Source of the DNA: Octopus bimaculoides
Lineage: Eukaryota
NCBI RefSeq assembly: GCF_001194135.2
Contig: NC_068981.1
Coordinates: forward strand, 56,640,291-56,696,017
Length of the DNA: 55,727 nt
Direction of reading: 5' to 3'
Part shown: positions 12,826-24,680 of the stretch, one piece after another
How the letters are laid out: every line of letters begins with the position of its first letter
How positions within the stretch are numbered: position 1 is the first letter of the stretch
The notes under the pieces: generated by a model
The model's input: only the letters and a program-made list of their open reading frames with translations
The model's database searches: none
What the model was told of the DNA's origin: nothing
Program-made: the position numbers and the translations under genes

Positions 12826-12965
12826 GTAAATCTCTGAAGAGGCCTAGAGAATCATACATGTACCTCTATTTCATCCATTTCATCTACCAATTACTCCAGC
12901 TTACTGGAGTTATATAGATAGAATGAGGCATGTCACCTCTAGGCAGAAACAGCTGTAAGGCCTTA
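12826..12965 (+). ncRNA. Type I hammerhead ribozyme-like motif with a very long stem II (PLE-associated type), slightly degenerate
   Basis: Core CTGAAGA at 12834-12840. Stem II GCCTAGAG (12842-49) pairs with CTCTAGGC (12937-44). GAAAC at 12946-50, palindromic stem III ACAGCTGT, GUA cleavage triplet at 12955-57. Stem I gives only 3 bp (tct/agg), and position 11.1 is A instead of C. Confidence 0.7.
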
Positions 12966-13155
12966 TCCCTTCTTCAGTTACTAGATGTCCTTTTGAACTT
13001 TTAATTTTTAATTGCTGATATCACATAGCGTGTCATATATGTTTGTATATTGTTTTTATTGTCCTCTTGGTTGAAAAATAAACAGGTAAATTGACATAGT
13101 ACAGTGTCTGCAAGTTGATGAGTACCACATATTCCCCTCCATTTTCTTATTGCTA

Positions 13156-13279
13156 TATATAATCCGTATTAAATTAAGAGAAGAAAATGAAGATTTAGTG
13201 GTTAATAATTATTTATTAATAAATAATTATTAATCGCCAACTCTCCATTTTCTTCTTTTAATTTAATACGGATTATATA
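13156..13279. repeat. 124-bp loop-less imperfect palindrome (62-bp arms, centre 13217/13218)
   Basis: The left arm tatataatccgtattaaattaagagaagaaaatg...ataattatttatt matches the reverse complement of the right arm with a few, mostly transition, mismatches. Confidence 0.9.
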
Positions 13280-13895
13280 ATATACCAATTGATTTAGGGA
13301 AATTTTATTTCCCAAACATATAAGGTATAGAACCAGTATTTTCTTGGCTGTAATCATCCCTTCATGAGATTAATATGTCCCCTAATTAACTTAAACATAT
13401 ACACATACACACACACATATATATATTTAAATGTATGTATGTATTATGTATGTGTGTGTGCATGTGTATGTATGTGTGTGTGTGTGTGTGTGTGTATGTG
13501 TGTGTGTGTGTCCGCGTGTGTGTTTGTGCATGTATATTTATATATATGTTAGATACATAGATATGCTCCACTAATAACCCTCTGGAACAAAATATAACTG
13601 GATTTCGAATATTGTGGAGATAATGTAAATTGTTACGCTACAAATAACCACGATATCTGGGATTACAAAATATTGTAAGACCTTAATGTTTAAAGGGTGA
13701 TGAACAAAACAAGATGATTTTCTTCACAGCCTTGCTACCAAGTAGGCGGCCGATCAAAATTTACTCTAAATTAGAAAAAGAAAGAGAAGTGTAAACATAC
13801 ATAAATACATACATACGTACATACATACATGCATACAGCAGCATTCCTTGTCTGATAACCTTAAATACATGTCCAAAGAAGTCACATGACGCTAC

Positions 13896-14508
13896 CGTAT
13901 CATCAGATGAAAGGATGAGCGTATATGAACAGAAGACTATGCATGGACATGTAAGTAGAAGCTCTGAAATGATAGTAACATTCATCATCAAATCATTCTA
14001 TCATAGACTAACAACCGGGTTACTACCTCCCTCTTTGAAGGGTATGCGTTTGTAATCCAGGAACAGGAAATTTCAACCAAATACCTGATGCACAAAAAAG
14101 ACAGAGATGCAGGAAAAGCAGCAGTAAAATGTGACAACCGATGAAGATTTTGTGAAGTTAACACCGCGGATATCACCCACATCATAAACAGTTGACCGAA
14201 AATGTTTATCTACCAATGAAACATGATGTAACTAGAACACTGTATAACGAGATCCGTCGAAAGGATAACACAGAGGACAAAGAAATAAGAACCCACAGTA
14301 TGGCAGAAGCCATAGCCACTGATTATAAAAAGGAGTACTGATGGAATGTCCCAGTGAAAACTTCAATAAAATGTAAGCACAACAGACCTGCTATGATGAT
14401 TGGGACAGAGAAGAGAAACTGTGTACAGTTGTGGAAATTAGCTGCCCAGCGGAAGTTAACATATAACTGAAGAACAGTGAAAAAGAGAGTGCCTACACTG
14501 AACTATTG
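13896..14508 (+). mobile_element. R4/Dong-like non-LTR retrotransposon 3' part (CCHC knuckle + restriction-like endonuclease), pseudogenised
   Basis: Encodes EGYAFVIQEQEISTKYLMHKK and a CCHC-like region whose Cys codons are hit by TGA stops. It continues WNVPVKTSIKCKHNRP..MIWDREEKLCTVVEISCPA. Flanked by (TACA)n tracts. Confidence 0.8.
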
Positions 14509-14806
14509 CAATAAACCTGAAAAATGGCATACATACATACGTACATACATACATACATACATACATACATACACACATACATATACTGGACCACAAGTTT
14601 TTGAATGATAAAATTATAATACAAAATATATTTTCAGTTAATATTCAAACCATATGCAATTAATTCGTGGCATACTAATTAATTAATTCCAGCGTGACAA
14701 AGTTTTGCGCACATCATCAAATGTTTTATTTGCTATTTAAATATGGGAACAGCAGATACTAGTAGGCTACGAATGGTAGACACAGAGTCCGTAGCTGTTG
14801 AAACAT

Positions 14807-15191
14807 TGGTTGGCATTCCGTCGGTTACGATGACGAGGGTTCCAGTTGATCCGATCAATGGAACAGCCTACTCGTGAAATTGACGTGCAAGTGGCTGAGC
14901 ACTCTACAGATACGTGTACACTTAACGTAGTTCTCGGGGGAGATTCAGCATGACACAGAGTGTGACAAGGCTGGCCCTTTGAAATACACGTACGACAGAA
15001 ACAGGAATATAGAGTGAGAGAAAGTTGTGGTGAAAGAGTACAACAGGGTTCTCCCCCCCCCCCTGTCGGAGCCTCATGGAACTTTAGGTATTTTCGCTCA
15101 ATAAACACTCACAACGCCCGGTCTGGAAATCGAAACCGCGATCCTACGACCGTGAGTCTGCTGCCCTAACCACTGGGCCATTGCACCTCCA
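14807..15191 (-). mobile_element. Full-length tRNA-headed SINE with a 12-bp TSD
   Basis: Minus-strand head ggaggtgcaaTGGCCCAGTGGttagggcagcagactcacggtcgtaggatcgcGGTTTCGATTTCC (A/B boxes). TSD CTGTTGAAACAT at 14795-14806 and 15192-15203. Confidence 0.88.
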
Positions 15192-16107
15192 CTGTTGAAA
15201 CATAACAATTCAGAAACATTTGTCCTGCGGTCCGACGACTTCGTTATTTAACCCAGTTGTATTTTTTCGCATACATTTTCTTTAAGGTGATTATATAATT
15301 ATATGTATGTATGTATGTATGTATATTATACATACGCACAAGCACTCAAACATATGTATATACATACGTATATGAGTATATATTTAGGATTATTGAAAAA
15401 TTTTAATATTGAGGGAAAACAATGGAAAGAAATAGAGAATAAATGGAAGTAATTACTGATTTGCTTGCATGTTGTAGAAAGATGACGTTTTTGTTTTTCA
15501 TGAACATTACAAATAAAAAATTGGAAGTTGAAAGCTCAAAATAATTAGCGTAAGAACCTACATGTATGTTTCTGTCAAACAAATAAATTGATGGGAATCT
15601 CCAAAACATGTTTAATGTCAAGGAAATTGTCACGTACATACTATTTTATGGTTGGACTTCTTCGGGGTTCAAAAAGGGCTAACTCCACTTCGGTGATTAT
15701 TCTATCTTTTGAGAGAAGTGTGTAGTGTTAGCAGGTTAAAAGTTAAAAATACGAATGTACGTATATGTATAATAATTACACGATAAACATGAGTAAAATT
15801 AAAGGCATACAGGAATCACGTAAAGAATAAATACCATGTGGAAACAAAGAGAAAGTCTGAAAATCGTATACATATAAAGCAAGAAAACAAAGGAGTGTAC
15901 AATAGAGCTCAATACACCAAATGTTTAAACAAAAGAGGTGACATTTCGGGCAATACTGTTTATCAGAGATAAGAAAGCAGTAGAGAAAAAGAAGTGAGGA
16001 ACAAGAGGAGAAAGAGAGTAAGTTACCAAATGATAATAATAATGATAATAATAATAATAACAACAACAACAACAGCAACAGCATTAATAATAAATTCCCT
16101 GATGCAT

Positions 16108-16654
16108 TACCAAGCAGGGCTCTCAGGAATCTGATCTTAACTGATTGGAAGTGTTATCATGTACATTGTTTTGTTTTGGTATAAAAGCAAATATTCTGCT
16201 ACAGAAAATATTCTACTCAATACCACAGATTTGCTTGTCAGCTGTTTCCCCATAACCAGTTGAGCATATCTTCTAGAGCCTGACGACATGTGCATTTCTA
16301 ATGACTAACAGAAGTAGTGGGGGAACATCATAGCCACATGTTGAAAGGAATCCTTTGGGGTTTGGATAACTGACCTTTGGAAACATGGGTGTTTCATTCA
16401 ACATCCTTAAACAACCCTTATTCAGGGACCTTTGAGCAGGATGGGCTACTCGACCTGAAGAAAATTCTAACTGGACCCCACTTGCAATGTCATGTGCTAT
16501 TTATCTTAATATGAAATCACCACGTTATGCACATACGGTTGTGATGCATATGCCTTGCATACTTTTACCAGACGAGTAGACATGATGGGTATACTGGGCT
16601 TCGTATATTTTACCTCAGTGTCACTTTGATGGCATGCACTGCTCTCTCTCACTC
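16108..16654 (+). mobile_element. ~550-bp interspersed repeat, copy 1, ending in (AAT)n
   Basis: Aligns by eye along its whole length with 17073-17615 and ends ...ggcatgcactgctctctctcactc(aat)n. Confidence 0.8.
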
Positions 16655-16669
16655 AATAATAATAATAGA

Positions 16670-16761
<92 letters not shown>

Positions 16762-16986
16762 TAATAATCCTACGCAAAACACTTTCAATACAGTAACCAT
16801 AAGAGCATCACAGCAAACCACAGCACATACCCAAGGCACACAGAGCTGCGCTCGGTAGTGAAGTGAAAGCACGTTATAAAAATAAAACTACTGAACAATA
16901 ATAATAATAATAATGAGCTTCTCTGCCCTAGGTGTACGGAAAACACTCGGCTAGAGATAGAAGAAAATTTGAAGAAAGAAGAAAGA

Positions 16987-17072
<86 letters not shown>

Positions 17073-17075
<3 letters not shown>

Positions 17076-17615
17076 CAGGCAGTGGCCCTCATGGTTTTTG
17101 ATCTTAATTGATTGGAATTGTTATCATGTATGTTGTTTTGTCTTGGTATAAAAGATGGGCTACAGCAAATATTCTGCTTAATACCACAGATTTGCTTGTC
17201 AGTTGTTTGACCATAACCAGTTGAGCATGTCCCTTGGTGGCTGACGATATGTGCATCTCTGATCACGAGCAGAAGTAGTGGGGGAGCATCATAGCCATGT
17301 GTTGAGAGGAGTTCTTTGGGGTTTGAATAATTCAACTTTAGAAACATGGGCGTTTTGCTCAACATCCTTAAACAGACCTTATTCAGGGACCTTTTGAGCG
17401 GGATGGGCTACTCGACCTGAAAAAAAATTCTAACTGGGCCCCACCTGCGAGGTCATGCGCTGTTTATCTTGATATGAGATCACCATGTCACGCACATATG
17501 GTTGTGATGCATGTGCCTGGTGTACCCTTATCAGACGGGTAGTCATGATGGGTATATTGGGCTTTGTATATTTTACCCCAGTGTCGCTTTGATGGCATGC
17601 ACTGCTCTCTCACTC
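17073..17615 (+). mobile_element. ~550-bp interspersed repeat, copy 2, bounded by (AAT)n on both sides
   Basis: Direct repeat of 16108-16654. A third, 3'-only copy lies at 47225-47370. Confidence 0.8.
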
Positions 17616-18123
17616 AATGATAATAATAATAATAATAATAATAGTTCTCAGGTAGAGAAGCAAAAATATTTGTGTATGTGTGTGTGCGCGTTAGCTCGTA
17701 TGTATTTATATATGTACGTGTATATATACATGTATGTATGCAATATATATGTATTTAGTTTCTATTCTCCGAATAAAAGACACACAAATACACAAGCAAA
17801 CACACACACACACATTGTAGGTTTTTTTAAAGTTATTATTTGTTAACTAATTGCCTAATTGATAAATTAGTGCACCTGTTACACCACAAAATTTTACATC
17901 AAGAATTTTGTCAAAGTAAAAGATACAAATACCAATGCTCGAATGTGTGTGTATGTGTGTGCGCGCGCGTGTGTGCGTGGACCTGTGTGTGTGTGTGTGT
18001 GTGTGTGTGTATACCGAGAGAGCTACATGAATTGAGAGATAGGTACATATACGTGTATGTGCGCGTGCATACGTGCACGTGTCCACGTCTGTATATATAA
18101 GTATCCTTTAAATAGATAGATAG

Positions 18124-18170
<47 letters not shown>

Positions 18171-18183
18171 AAGCGAGTTATAT

Positions 18184-18398
18184 GGGGCTGTGAATTGTAT
18201 GATCGTTAGAGTGTCGAACAAAATGCTTAGTGGTATTTCTCTTGATATATAGTATTCTCGGTTCATAATTTCACCAAGATCAACTTCACATTTTCTCCCT
18301 TCCAGGACGTTAAAATATAGTACCAGTGACGTTCTTGGGTTGATGTAATCGATTCCCCCCCTCCCTCAAAATCGTTGCCCGTGTGCCAAAATTAGAAA
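18184..18398 (+). mobile_element. Degenerate tRNA-derived SINE (34.7-kb family)
   Basis: Contains gatcgttagagtgtcgaacaaaatgcttagtggtatttc and ...gtaccagt...gggttgatgtaatcgatt...gtgccaaaattagaaa, matching other copies in the window. Confidence 0.6.
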
Positions 18399-18515
18399 NN
18401 NNNNNNNNNNNNNNNNNNNNNNNNNNNNNNNNNNNNNNNNNNNNNNNNNNNNNNNNNNNNNNNNNNNNNNNNNNNNNNNNNNNNNNNNNNNNNNNNNNNN
18501 NNNNNNNNNNNNNNN

Positions 18516-18554
<39 letters not shown>

Positions 18555-18905
18555 GCAATATTGCATTTGTGTGTATATGTTTATGTAAGTTAATAAATGC
18601 ATTTTTCGCCTTTCTGTATGTGTGCGTGTGTGCGTATATAGTTACATATGCGTATATACATTTAGTGTGATGTATCTTCCGAAAAAGCTTTCATCTCTCA
18701 GTCTGCGTATTTATTTTCCAATTTATGTGGCAGCATATCTATGTATATTTTGCATTATATCTTTGCGTGAATTGTATGTATGAATGCCTGTGTGCGTATA
18801 TGTGTGTGTGAGTGTGTGTGTGTGTCTTTATAAATATACATATACATCCACATGCACATATATATGTTCATATACACATGCATTCATAAACTTATTCATA
18901 CGCAC

Positions 18906-18944
<39 letters not shown>

Positions 18945-19025
18945 CATATATGTATATGTATATGTTATATATATATGTATGTATATATGTGTGTGTGTAT
19001 GTGTGTATGTGTGTGTGTATGTGTG

Positions 19026-19118
<93 letters not shown>

Positions 19119-19844
19119 GAATTTGCGTTAGTTTGTTCTGTCACAAGTCAAATGGTAACTATCAATGCCGCGAGGGATTTCAGAAGCTATTTGGACCGCA
19201 GAACACATTGTATTCTGAAGATTAATGAAATTCAGAAATTCAGAGGTCAGGTCATATGGAGTCTGACTGAGATGACAACGAAAGCCAATTTCTTGGATAT
19301 TAATAATTTCACGATTGGGTGTCGTGATGCCAACGGCTTTGACTCTTTAGACCACTGTCCTTTTACTTAATACATTGTCAAGACCACTCGCAGTTACACT
19401 AAGCGGACGTTTAGATTGCCCCTCAGAACATATTTCTCACCGCTGGGCAAGAAAGAATTGAAAAAATAATTGTAAAACAATGTGAAAATGCATAAAGAAT
19501 GGTCAATTACTTACTGCACTGGTCTCCGAATTGATTGAACTAGTCTTCACTCGTAAATCTGTCAATAGATGATTGTACTCTGGCACAGGGGAGTCTAAAA
19601 GTGTAGAATAAAATGAGAAATTATTAGAGAAAGGAAGAAAAACACTAAATCCAACTGTTCGATATTTATCTTATCTTTGAGGCGTTGTAAGTGGTGAGGT
19701 TACTGTAACTAGAAAATAACCTTGCGGAGTTGTTTTAAGACTACGCAGGAAATGATGCTTCGACAACACAATCAATGTCTTGATTAATTTAAGTTTTTAT
19801 ATAGTTTAGTATAACATTTGAAGTGGGTTCAAATCGTGTCCATT

Positions 19845-20010
19845 TAAAGTGAGTATGCTTAAGAGGTTCGCTTTGCGATCACATATTTCTGAGTTCGATC
19901 CCACTATTTGTCACTTAATGATGTATCTTCTACCTTAGTCACCGTTGACCCAAACCTTTCCAATGAAATTAGATAGAAACTGTACAGAAGCTTGTTGTAT
20001 AAGCTGTAAT
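19845..20010 (+). mobile_element. Degenerate SINE head (38-kb/54-kb family)
   Basis: Contains a B-box-like gagttcgatcccact followed by a degenerate family body ending gatagaaactgtacagaagc. Confidence 0.5.
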
Positions 20011-20090
20011 TGTTCTTGAGTTGTAAACTCTAGCCAAAATCCGGTGTAATCCCAGGAACCAGTCCTTGGAGACTTTTAGTAGATGCGGCT

Positions 20091-20175
20091 ATTTTTACGA
20101 GCATGCATCCGTGCAGATCTTCCATGTGAGAATATTTTCATATGGGGACATGGATGAATGCATGCTCGGAAAAAT
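20091..20175. repeat. ~85-bp imperfect hairpin
   Basis: atttttacgagcatgcat pairs with atgcatgctcggaaaaat, and the inner ccatgtgagaa with ttttcatatgg, centred on aatatt. Confidence 0.75.
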
Positions 20176-21081
20176 TGACCTTGCATTCTTTCGGCCTTAA
20201 CCATGTCATGCGTTTCTCGGGGTCATTACAAAGAAAACGAAAAAAATTGAAGCGTTGCATAACTAATAGGAAATAGCAAAGAAGACGCTAGAATGCTTGA
20301 CATAGCGAGCCAAGAAGTTGTTAATATTTAGATTTCATTTTTAATGATGGGAGGAAATCATCACCCAAGTATTAATCAGTATTAATACTGGTCATATATA
20401 GTAACAGGGATACTTCTATATATCAATTAAACAAAATTAATTAAATATTAAATGGGGGGACAAAGGAATTTGATCTTTCGAAACGGTGACAATTTCGGGC
20501 AGGGCTTGTTTCCGAGTTATTACACATCATCAGTAGAGCATCACCTAACTTTTAACGCTGTTCTAGAAAGACCCAACTCTGCCTCTATTACAATATATAT
20601 TAGCGAAATTCATTTACTCCACATTATTCTATCAATTTTGAATCTGAAATTATATTCAGAAACTAATTTTTTGTGTGCGTAATATACGCATACGCAAATT
20701 ATATACACCTACATATGTGTATATGATATATACACATATATGTGTTAGTGTGTGTGTGTATTTACTCACGCACGCATACACACACACACACACATATATA
20801 GTTCACAGATGAGATTCAGATATTCTCAGTATAGAAGACATTGGTGCTCAAAAGATTCAAACTTAAACTCCGATGTCTTTACAGGAGATCATTCCATGAG
20901 GTAAAGAAAGATTATAAGAGTGATCAGGTTGAGTGGGGTTAGAAACTATTGTGGGGATAAGCAAATTAGAGACATCAAATATATTGAATATATTAAATAC
21001 ATCAAATACAAAATACTATATATGTACGCATGTGAAACGAGAGAAAGCAAAAAATGGAAACTTTCAGATGATGAATTTGTT

Positions 21082-21119
<38 letters not shown>

Positions 21120-21961
21120 GGGTAAAGGATTATCAATTTATTAATTAATAAATCAATTAATAATTAATAATTTTTACCAAGCCCATCGGTATGAAAGCAC
21201 CATTATTGGTGGAGAACTTATTCAAAAGTTCACATATTTATACATATAATTAAGGGATCAGCAAAATATTTGCTTCNNNNNNNNNNNNNNNNNNNNNNNN
21301 NNNNNNNNNNNNNNNNNNNNNNNNNNNNNNNNNNNNNNNNNNNNNNNNNNNNNNNNNNNNNNNNNNNNNNNNNNNNNNNNNNNNNNNNNNNNNNNNNNNN
21401 NNNNNNNNNNNNNNNNNNNNNNNNNNNNNNNNNNNNNNNNNNNNNNNNNNNNNNNNNNNNNNNNNNNNNNNNNNNNNNNNNNNNNNNNNNNNNNNNNNNN
21501 NNNNNNNNNNNNNNNNNNNNNNNNNNNNNNNNNNNNNNNNNNNNNNNNNNNNNNNNNNNNNNNNNNNNNNNNNNNNNNNNNNNNNNNNNNNNNNNNNNNN
21601 NNNNNNNNNNNNNNNNNNNNNNNNNNNNNNNNNNNNNNNNNNNNNNNNNNNNNNNNNNNNNNNNNNNNNNNNNNNNNNNNNNNNNNNNNNNNNNNNNNNN
21701 NNNNNNNNNNNNNNNNNNNNNNNNNNNNNNNNNNNNNNNNNNNNNNNNNNNNNNNNNNNNNNNNNNNNNNNNNNNNNNNNNNNNNNNNNNNNNNNNNNNN
21801 NNNNNNNNNNNNNNNNNNNNNNNNNNNNNNNNNNNNNNNNNNNNNNNNNNNNNNNNNNNNATATATATATATATATATATATACATATATTCATATAAAT
21901 AGGTCCAATTTACACAGAGTGCAAACGACATAAAAAATTAAAGGGGTGGAAGAAAGATATA

Positions 21962-22565
21962 AGTGCAACAGCCGCTTCTGAGGGCTCGGCGCCCCATAAT
22001 AGTGTTGGTAAGATTTAATCCATCACAAAAGGAGTCTATATGAATGCATTTAACATAGGATGGTACGAGCCTCCGTCTTCAGGGTGGAGAAGATCTTACA
22101 TTTCAGATCTTAATGCAAAGAAGGTCAAGGATGGAATGATTAAATGTGGAGAGCTAAGTTTATTGTGTATTGGAGGGGGTACTGAGGGTATTTAGACAAG
22201 GAATGATGAGGAGAGAAAGATAGTTTAAGAAGAATGAGGCTAGTAAGGGAGTAGCAGGGGTGGAGAGTATGAAGGTTGACAGGAGGGTGGGGTAGATAGT
22301 ATATGAATGGTAGTTTATTGTGTTGAGCTTGTTAACGTTTAGGGAGAAAAGGAATGGCAATTATCTGAGAGAAGTAAAGTGTCTAGTTCAGTGGCAGAGG
22401 GAGACTACTAAGGTACACTTAAATTTATCAACTGAAAGTTTCCACTTTTTGCTTTCTCTGGTCTTGAATGTATACATGTGTACATATATCGTATATGATG
22501 TATTTAATATATTCGATGCATTTTATGTGTCTAATTTTCTTATTCCCATAACTGCTTCTATATAC
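21962..22565 (-). mobile_element. Probable Penelope-like 3' end/pLTR remnant with a degenerate hammerhead
   Basis: The minus strand reads ...NKLNTINY..., weakly like a GIY-YIG C-terminus, then a pyrimidine-rich tract. It ends cCTGAAGAcggaggctcg...cgagccctcaGAAGCggctGTt. The coding similarity is weak. Confidence 0.4.
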
Positions 22566-23042
22566 ATATCTGTGTGTATGTGTGTGTCAGTGTGTGTGTG
22601 TATGCGTGTGTGTGTGTATGCGTGTGTGTGTGCGTGTGCTTGTGATCGAGATTCTCAAGGTGATGCTCCAGCATGGCTGTAGTTAAATAACTGAAAGAAA
22701 AAAATAGAATAATAGAATGTATGTAGAAGCAGTTATGGGAATNNNNNNNNNNNNNNNNNNNNNNNNNNNNNNNNNNNNNNNNNNNNNNNNNNNNNNNNNN
22801 NNNNNNNNNNNNNNNNNNNNNNNNNNNNNNNNNNNNNNNNNNNNNNNNNNNNNNNNNNNNNNNNNNNNNNNNNNNNNNNNNNNNNNNNNNNNNNNNNNNN
22901 NNNNNNNNNNNNNNNNNNNNNNNATATATATATGGGAGAATTCACGAAAAAACAACAGACGAAGACAGGTAGTGTAAACAACAAATGTATAACGCTCGGG
23001 AATAGAGAAAGTCTTTAACGTTTCGAGTCTACGCTCTTTAAC

Positions 23043-23535
23043 GAGTTTCAGAGAGCGTCTAGTTATAAGTATATGTGCCAATAATTTAGTATGTTTTTTC
23101 ATAAGCTGTCTGCAAGAAAATGGTTCTTGTACTTCTGGAGTAGGAATGACAAATTTCAATGTAGTATTTTATTTATTGCAATTATTGTCATATAGAAGAG
23201 TTGTTGCTATATCCTGTAATACATATGTCTACAGATACATTACCCTTATCTGTTCATAGAATAATAATGCAGTTGTGAAACTGTGAAGTCTTAATGACAT
23301 TCCTTTACCCTCGGAAGATGTTTACTTTTGGAGGTTTGGCCTCTATCCTCTTGCTGAATAATTGCAATATATAATAATAATTATTGCTGAATAATTGCAA
23401 TAAATAAAATACTACTTTGAAATTTGTCATTCCTACTCCAGAAGTACAAGAACCATTTTGCTTGCAGACAGCTTATGAAAAAAACATACTAAATTATTGG
23501 CACATATACTTATAGCTAGACCATCTCTGAAACTC
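23043..23535. mobile_element. Foldback/MITE-like element with ~143-bp inverted arms
   Basis: 23043-23186 (gagtttcagagagcgtctagttataagtatatgtgccaataatttagtatg...attgcaattatt) is the near-perfect reverse complement of ~23389-23535. No TSD seen. Confidence 0.85.
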
Positions 23536-24309
23536 ATACATACCCACTTCAACGAAAAGTAAATTTAAATAAACTAAAAATATAACACGTAGTATCGTAG
23601 CATCCAAGCGTAGTAGAAAGGTAGATCGTATTCTTGCTTTATAGTTATAGCTTTCAGTTTCGAATTCAGTGCCGAATTTTTAGCAACGCCAAGCCTAACG
23701 ATAAACATAAATATTTCATTTCTAATGAGGTTAATAGTTCGGAAAATTATTGTCGTATTAATTAACAACTCATGCCAGACATCAAATAACTTAGAAATAG
23801 TCAAGATAAGATTCTCATTAACTAATTATCACATCACCGTATTGAAAAGCCATTGAAATATTATGGCTATGACTTTGCCTGATGTAAGTAACTTTATTAA
23901 AAAGTGTCGATTTAAAAGAGACTTTCCATCCAAACACTTTGATTACATAAATTTTATTGAATATAAATCAATATTGATATGCTTGATTATATAAGTTTTA
24001 TCGAAATTTGATCAGTATTGATATTTCTAGGGAAGTTTAATTAGAAAATGTATTATTGAAACACTTCTGTCATCATCGATTTTATCAATATGTAATACAT
24101 GAGATGGGTGATTGTAAGACGTGAGCCGAAAAGTAGAATATCAAACGATCATATTATTTCATAACAACTTTGAAAGAACGTATTTTTGTTTCTAATTTCT
24201 TACTTGTTTACAACTGCTTATATACATACTATTCTAATAAAATTCTCGTTTCTGTTTCAACCGGTTTGTATTTCTAATACAAATTACATCTACAATCATT
24301 ACGTCTAAT

Positions 24310-24680
24310 ATGTTGCTCTGTGCAAAGTTTTATGATCTGAACGACTTCTCATTCTTTTCTCCACTTCAGTGCATTCCAGCCAGACTATTATCTTTTATGG
24401 TGTAATGTGGAGATCAAGAGATTTGAACTCTCCTCAGCTCTTTCATTCCCCCTGAGTCTAATGTCTCTCGTGTGGCACAACATTAAAGTGCTATACATGT
24501 TTTGCAATATATTTCCATTTCTTCGGACATCAAGTCGTGTTCACTAAATATTGATCTCACATTCTCTTTCATCTCTTATCTACACACCAGACATAGCTAT
24601 ATTATTGGTACATCTCCCAATAGACTGTAGCTGAAACCAACGAAATTTACCATCATGCTACAAACTAGAGATATATAGTA
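24310..24680 (-). mobile_element. Highly degraded mariner-like remnant
   Basis: The minus strand has VPHE (WVPHEL-like) and a 3' segment resembling the mariner C-terminus. Weak evidence. Confidence 0.3.

Noticed and set aside
16108-17615. LTR pair or CRISPR-like array
   Set aside because: No TG...CA ends, PBS/PPT or internal coding region; the spacer is mostly simple repeat, and there is no regular repeat-spacer periodicity anywhere in the window.
19130-19370. ~80-codon open frame after the (TA)n tract
   Set aside because: No motif, no start or splice context; the ORF begins inside a microsatellite.
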